From Escherichia coli (GTDB taxonomy: Bacteria; Pseudomonadota; Gammaproteobacteria; Enterobacterales; Enterobacteriaceae): a stretch of DNA of 933 bases. A program made the translations under genes and the position numbers. This document shows, one piece after another, positions 1 through 933 of the stretch. The notes under the pieces are model-generated. The model searched no databases. It was not told where the DNA came from and worked only from the letters and a program-made list of their open reading frames with translations. The stretch lies in the NCBI RefSeq assembly GCF_003334335.1, contig NZ_QOWQ01000137.1, one strand, 5' to 3'. The first letter of the stretch is position 1. Each line of letters starts with the position of its first letter.

Positions 1-933
1 AAAGTGATCCGCACAGAACGGGTAAAAAAAGCCTGTACAAAATGTGACTGCATCGTTGAAGCACCGGCACCATCCCGTCCGATAGAGCGTGGTATCGCGG
101 GCCCGGGGTTACTTGCCCGCGTGTTAACGGGAAAATACTGCGAACATCTGCCACTGTATCGTCAGAGTGAAATCTTTGCCCGCCAGGGTGTCGAACTGAG
201 CCGTGCCTTACTCTCCAACTGGGTTGATGCGTGCTGCCAGTTAATGACTCCGCTGAATGATGCCCTGTACAGTTATGTGATGAACACCCGCAAGGTTCAC
301 ACTGATGACACACCAGTAAAAGTACTGGCACCGGGCAGGAAGAAGGCGAAAACAGGATATATCTGGACGTATGTCCGGGATGACCGAAATGCCGGTTCGC
401 CAGAACCTCCGGCGGTCTGGTTCGCCTACTCACCGGACCATCAGGGTAAACATCCGGAGCAACACCTTCGTCCCTTCCGGGGTATCCTGCAGGCAGATGC
501 GTTCGCAGGTTACGATCGGCTGTTCAGTGCCGAACGTAAAAGCGGCGCGTTGACGGAAGCAGGATGCTGGGCTCATGCACGGCGCAAAATCCACGATGTA
601 TATATCAGTACCAAAAGCGCGACGGCGGAAGAAGCACTGAAACTAATCGGTGAACTGTACGCCATTGAGCACGAAATACGCGGGTTGCCGGTGTCTGAAC
701 GCCTGGCGGTCAGGCAAATGCAGAGTAAACCGCTACTGACTTCCCTGTATAAGCTGATGCAGGAGAAAGAACACACGTTATCGAAAAAATGCCGTCTGAG
801 AGATGCGTTCCGGTATATCAGGAAGCACTGGATTGCGTTGTGCAACTTCTGTGATGACGGTCTGGCGGAGGCGGACAATAACACAGCGGAAAGAGCGCTT
901 CGTGCAGTCTGTCTCGGAAAGAAAAATTACGTG
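1..933 (+). CDS. tnpC: IS66-family transposase (ORF3/TnpC), internal fragment; both the N-terminus and C-terminus lie outside the window
   Basis: Seen in sequence: frame 1 is open across all 311 codons with no stop. Translation begins KVIRTERVKKACTKCDCIVEAPAPSRPIERGIAGPGLLARVLTGKYCEHLPLYRQSEIFARQGVELSRALLSNWV and continues through ...HTDDTPVKVLAPGRKKAKTGYIWTYVRDDRNAGSPEPPAVWFAYSPDHQGKHPEQHLRPFRGILQADAFAGYDRLF...EAGCWAHARRKIHDV...IGELYAIEHEIRG...LAEADNNTAERALRAVCLGKKNY. Established knowledge: these blocks (LPLYRQ HTH, YVRDDR, VWFAYSPDxxGxHP, ILQADAYxGY, CWAHARRK, GELYAIEAEIRG, IDNNxAEN-ALR, GRKNW) are the conserved signature of IS66-family transposases such as those of IS66 and ISEc8. No start codon with a ribosome-binding site and no stop codon is present, so the gene is truncated by the window on both sides. 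The exact IS name is not determinable without a database search. Confidence 0.93.
34..51 (+). other. C-terminal half of the IS66 transposase zinc-ribbon motif (C-x2-C-x-C)
   Basis: Seen in sequence: codons 12-17 encode C-T-K-C-D-C (tgt aca aaa tgt gac tgc). Established knowledge: IS66-family transposases carry an N-proximal zinc-finger domain built from paired CxxC motifs; the first pair would lie upstream of the window. Confidence 0.6.
91..225 (+). other. Helix-turn-helix DNA-binding region of the IS66 transposase (contains the LPLYRQ motif)
   Basis: Seen in sequence: codons 31-75 encode GIAGPGLLARVLTGKYCEHLPLYRQSEIFARQGVELSRALLSNWV. Established knowledge: the 'HLPLYRQ...G(V/I)ELSR(A/S)TL' block is the conserved HTH region of IS66-family transposases. 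Domain boundaries are approximate. Confidence 0.7.
298..900 (+). other. DDE-type catalytic core of the IS66 transposase, including the CWAH motif
   Basis: Seen in sequence: D102/D103 (nt 304-309, HTDDTPV), D166 (nt 496-498, ILQADAFAGY), CWAH at codons 189-192 (nt 565-576, followed by ARRK), and E297 (nt 889-891, within ADNNTAERALR at nt 874-894). All are in frame and intact. Established knowledge: IS66-family transposases have a DDE-like core with a conserved CwAH-rR motif between the second D and the E. Which of D102/D103 is catalytic cannot be decided by eye. Confidence 0.7.

Larger units (their letters stand above)
1..933 (+). mobile_element. IS66-family insertion sequence, internal portion (terminal inverted repeats and the upstream tnpA/tnpB genes are not in the window)
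   Basis: Inferred from the transposase CDS that fills the window. Established knowledge: IS66-family elements are about 2.5-2.7 kb and typically carry three ORFs (tnpA, tnpB, tnpC), with tnpC the longest and most 3'. The window would then sit in the 3' half of the element, transcribed left to right. No element ends or target-site duplications are visible. Confidence 0.85.

Noticed and set aside
24-30. Homopolymeric A tracts (A7 at nt 24-30, A6 at nt 784-789, A5 at nt 922-926) as possible programmed-frameshift or slip sites
   Set aside because: The reading frame runs straight through each tract, and the conserved motifs continue in the same frame on both sides. Programmed -1 frameshifting is known in the IS3 and IS1 families but is not a feature of IS66 tnpC. 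These are most simply Lys-Lys codons.
394-426. Direct 8-bp repeat 'ggttcgcc' at nt 394-401 and 419-426
   Set aside because: It is short and lies inside coding sequence (encoding parts of ...GSP... and ...WFA...). A single 8-mer recurrence in 933 bp is compatible with chance plus codon bias, and there is no CRISPR-like or iteron-like array structure.
371-553. 60-aa ORF on the + strand from the supplied track (MSGMTEMPVRQNLRRSGSPTHRTIRVNIRSNTFVPSGVSCRQMRSQVTIGCSVPNVKAAR)
   Set aside because: It lies in frame +2, entirely inside the strongly supported frame +1 transposase ORF. The product is Arg/Ser-rich and low-complexity, as expected for an off-frame read of a coding region. There is no convincing Shine-Dalgarno sequence upstream and no recognisable motif.
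573-884. 103-aa ORF on the - strand from the supplied track
   Set aside because: It is antisense to the transposase catalytic domain. The translation is Ser/Leu/Cys/Arg-rich with no recognisable domain, which is typical of a reverse-strand shadow ORF in a coding region of about 50% GC. Nothing supports it as a real gene.
1-933. Possibility that the window encodes a novel defence or other undescribed system
   Set aside because: Every part of the window is accounted for by one well-known protein family, the IS66 transposase, with its characteristic motifs in the expected order. There is no unexplained intergenic space, repeat array or second gene here. Any novelty claim would be unsupported by the sequence.

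Overview
The whole 933-bp window is one uninterrupted open reading frame on the + strand (frame 1, nt 1-933, 311 codons, no stop codon), and it reads as an internal fragment of an IS66-family insertion-sequence transposase (the ORF3/TnpC protein). Both ends of the gene lie outside the window. My own frame-1 translation shows the family hallmarks in order: a C-terminal CxxC half of a zinc ribbon, the 'LPLYRQ' helix-turn-helix region, a DDE-type catalytic core (HTDDTPV ... ILQADAFAGY ... ADNNTAERALR) and the IS66-diagnostic CWAHARRK motif. The two ORFs in the supplied track (371-553 +, 573-884 -) are out-of-frame or antisense shadows of this gene and are not supported. I see no RNA gene, CRISPR array, promoter or terminator, and no evidence of a novel system inside this window. 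Any biological interest lies in what this insertion sequence sits next to, which is not visible here.
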